Positions 60,590-64,000 of a stretch of DNA of 64,000 nucleotides are shown here, piece by piece. Position 1 is the first letter of the stretch. Every line of letters starts with the position of its first letter. The notes below the pieces were generated by a model. The model had not been told where the DNA came from. It searched no databases and saw only the letters and a list, made by a program, of their open reading frames with translations. The position numbers and the translations under genes are program-made. Source of the DNA: Narcine bancroftii (Eukaryota); the NCBI RefSeq assembly GCF_036971445.1, contig NC_091475.1:20646001-20710000 (forward strand), in the 5' to 3' direction.

Positions 60590-63502
60590 AACAAGGGGTA
60601 AAAAAAAAAAGGGGGAGGAATTGCTCTGCTTGTGAAGGAGGATATTACTGCCGTGAGGTGGCAGGATGGTTTGGAGGGATCATCCAATGAAGCTGTTTGG
60701 GTGGAATTGAGGGGTGGTGGAGGCATGAGGGCACTAATAGGAGTGTATTATAGACCACCAAATGGCCCAAGAAAATTGGAGGAACAAATTTGTGGAGGAG
60801 TGGGAGGACGTGGACATGTCCTTGGGGCCTGCGCAAAGGAGCTTTTAGGTGGAGTGCAGTGTGCACAGTACTGGCCCCACCCTTTACACCCATGGTTCGT
60901 GTGCCATGGCCAAGCAAGCTGGGACGTGGCAGCGAGGTCCTTGGGTCGTAGGTTTTATATCGGAGTGGCCTTCTCCTAGGAACAAATTTGTAAGGAGATA
61001 GCATATATGTGTAATAAACATAAGGTAGTGATCATGGGAGATTTTAACTTCCCTCACATTGATTGGGATACCCATACATTAAGAGGGCTGGATGGGCTAG
61101 AGTTTGTCAAATGTGTACAAGATAGTTTTCTTAATCAATATGTAGAGGAACCGACTCGGGATGGTGTAATACTGGATCTCCTGTTAGGGAATGAGATAGG
61201 CCAGGTGTCTGAGGTTAATGTTGGACAACAAATTGGGACTAGTAATCACAACTCTATTAGTTTTAGGGTAGTTTTAGGGAAGAGCAAAGAAGGGCCTAAA
61301 GTTGAGGTTCTGGATTGGAGAAAAGCAAATTTCGAAGGAATAAAAATGGATTTGGGGAGTATTGAGTGGGACATGATTTTTTTCAGGAAAGGATGTAAAT
61401 GAAAAATGGAGAATATTCAAAGAAGACATTTTAAGAGTACAGAGTAGATATGTCCCAGTGAGGATCAAAGGAAAGGCTGGAAGTCATAGAGAGCCTTGGT
61501 TTTCGAGGAATATTAGAAATTTGGTTAGGAGAAAGAGGGAGGTGTACAAGAGGTATAAACAGCAGGGAGCTGAGAAATTGAAAGAGAACTACAAGGAGTG
61601 TAGAAAAAATCTTAAGAAATAAATTAGAAAGGCCAAAAGAGGCACAAAGAGGCTTTGGCAGGCAGAGTAAGAATAAATTCAAAAGGTTTCTATAGGTACA
61701 TTAAAAGTAAAAGCTTAGTGAGGGATAAAATTGGACCCCTTGTAGATAGGGAGGGTAGGCTATGTGAAAAGTCAGAGGAGATGGGGGAAATTTTAAATGA
61801 TTTCTTTTCCTCGGTATTCACCAGGGAAAAAAATATTGTACCAGTTGAAGTAAAGATAAATAGTGGGGAGGTCATGAATCATTTAAGGATAACCGAGGAG
61901 GTAGTGATGGCAGTGTTAAAAATGATAAAGGTGGACAAATCTCTGGGTCCGGACAAAGTATTCCCAAGGACATTCAGGGAGGCTAGTGTACAGATAGTGG
62001 GGCCATTAACAGAGATGTTTAGGATGTCACTGGTCATGGGGGTAGTGCCAGAGGATTGGAGGGTGGCTCAAGTTATTCCACTGTTTAAGAAAGAGTCAAA
62101 ATGTAAGCCTGGAAATTATAGACCTGTGAGTCTGATGTCTGTGGTGGGTAAGTTGATGAAAAGTGTTCTGAGGGATGACATTTACAAATATTTGGATGAA
62201 CAGGGATTGATAGGTAGTAGTCAGCATGGTTTTGTCTGGGATAGATTATGCTTAACAAACCTTATAGAGTTTTAGAGGGGGTTACGAAAAAGATTGATGA
62301 AGGGAAGGGTCTGGATGTTGTCTATTTAGACTTTAGTAAAGTTTTTGACAAAGTTCCCCAAAGGAGGTTAGGTAAAAAGGTGGAGACATTAGGCATAAAT
62401 AAGTAAGTAGTGAAATAGATTCAGCAATGGTTGGATGGGAGGTGTTAGAGAGTAGTGGTAGAAAATTGTTTGTCAAATTGGAGGCCAGTGACTAGTGGAG
62501 TTCCTCAGGGATCGGTCCTGGGTCCACTATTGTTTGTTATATATATATTATCGATCTGGAAGAAGGGGTGGAGAATTGGATAAGTAAGTTTGCAGATGAT
62601 ACAAAGATTGGTGGTATTGTGGACAGTGATGAAGATTACCGTAGCTTAAAAAGAGATATAGGAAAGCTAGAGGAGTGGGCTGAGAAATGGCTGATGGAAT
62701 TTAATACGGATAAGTGTGAAATGTTGCATTTTGGAAAGGCAAATCTAAATGTGCAGTCAGATACATTGAATGGTAGACAATTGAGGAGTGCAGAACAACA
62801 AATGGATTTAGGAGTTATGGTAAATAGTACCCTCAAAGTTGATACTCAGGTAGATAGAGTGGTGAAGAAGGCATTTGGTATGTTGGCCTTCATAAATCGG
62901 AGTACTGAATTCAAGAGTTGGGATGTTATGATGAAATTGTACAAAGCATTGGTGAGGCCAAGTTTAGAATACTGTGTGCAATTTTGGTCATCAAATTATA
63001 AGAAGGATATAAACAAAATAGAGAGAGTGCAGAGAATGTTGACAGGATGTCAGGGTTTGAGTTACAGAGAAAGGTTGAGCAGCCTTGGGCTTTTTTCTCT
63101 GAAGCATAGAAGATTGAGGGGAAATTTGAAGGAGGTGTTCAAGATTTTAAAGGGACAGAGAGAGTCAATGTGAATAAGCTTTTTCAATTAAGAGTGGGGG
63201 ATATTCAAACCAGAGGCCATGGTTTGAGATTGAAAGGGGAAAATTATAAGGGGAACATGAGGGGAAATTTCTTCACACAAAGGGTGGTTGGGATGTGGAA
63301 TAAACTTCCGGAAGAGGTGGTTGAAGCAGAAACGTTATTTACATTTAAGGAAAGACTGGATAATTACATGGAGGAGAGAGGATTGGAGGGGTATGGACCA
63401 GGTGCTGGTCAGTGGGACTAGGAAGGTGGGGATTTGTTCCGGCATGGACTAGTAGGGCCAAACTGGCCTGTTCTGTGCTGTATATGGTTATAAGGTTATA
63501 TG
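60590..63502 (+). mobile_element. CR1 LINE, near-complete ORF2 (APE + RT), 5'-truncated, with stops and frameshifts
   Basis: IGVYYRPP, VIMGDFNFP, ILDLLL (APE); [30 protein letters not shown] (RT); tail tatatggttataaggttatatg. Confidence 0.93.
60794..60977 (-). mobile_element. 184-bp GC-rich insertion inside the CR1 with a 14-bp target-site duplication
   Basis: AGGAACAAATTTGT at 60780-60793 and 60978-60991; the CR1 reading (EEQIC|KEI) resumes after it. Confidence 0.85.
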
Positions 63503-64000
63503 GAAGCTTCATAAAAAGTATCTGATAATTTCCCAGCAGCCAGGGATTCAGAAAGATCTGAATCCAAATGAGATATCAATAAATGGTTAGAAAAAATTTT
63601 ATAAAACTCTGTTGGGAACCCATCAGGTCCAGGAACTTTGCGGGCTGCAAAGAGTTAATTATTGCAACTATATCCTCAAAAGTAATGGGTTTCTCCAGCA
63701 GTAATCTCTTCTATGAAGATAGTGAAGGAACATTTAAATTATCCAAAATTTTCATTAGAGAAGCTGAATCTTTAATTGATTCAGTAATATAGAGCTTAGA
63801 ATAATGTTGACAAAAACCTTTGTTTATCTCAACATGGTCAGTAGTAGATATGCCATCATCTTTACAGATCTCTGGTAATAAGCTGCTTAGCTGTATACTT
63901 TTGAATTTGGCTGGCTAAGAGCTTCCCAGCCTTATCTCCAAGTACATAGAATTTAGATTTACTTTTTTAAAGTTGGGTCTGTATAGAGTAAGTAAGAAGA

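Larger units (their letters stand above)
58355..64000 (-). mobile_element. Decayed L1-clade LINE ORF2 (runs off the window), split by a CR1 insertion
   Basis: - strand motifs PGPDGFPTEFYK (about 63600-63635), then across the insertion SISLILIKSKDP...RPISLLN and KIL..R.ENILPLII...QTGFIK. The two halves rejoin at GAAG (60586-60589 / 63503-63506). Confidence 0.8.

Overview
Repeat-rich vertebrate genomic DNA. The V-SINE/CR1/Rex1/Penelope/RTE landscape suggests a cartilaginous fish, probably a ray (inference). The only host genes I can support are a tandem cluster of three intact, four-exon, + strand c-type (GH22) lysozyme genes, assembled by hand from GT-AG splice sites with canonical intron phases 1/1/2: A 7496-16908 (165 aa), B 29994-38780 (147 aa) and C 49764-54589 (149 aa). 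The ORF track only shows fragments of them. The active sites differ (hen-lysozyme numbering): A = Glu35/Asn46/Asp52 (canonical), C = Glu35/Glu46/Asp52, B = Glu35/Asp46/Met52 plus Ser59. B is therefore either a pseudo-enzyme or a natural c-type lysozyme whose nucleophile has moved to the i-type-like position 46. All three have a 4-5 residue longer beta-hairpin ending K-[IL]-W. They also differ in charge, N-terminus, C-terminus and promoter motifs. The rest is mobile DNA: a degenerate full-length Gypsy element (42328-46424), an L1 interrupted by a CR1 that itself carries a 184-bp insert, hAT/Tc-mariner/Chapaev-like DNA elements, Penelope fragments and foldbacks with minimal hammerhead-like motifs, SINEs, and a 17-bp minisatellite. 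Repeat family names come from motif recognition, not database searches, and most repeat boundaries are approximate.
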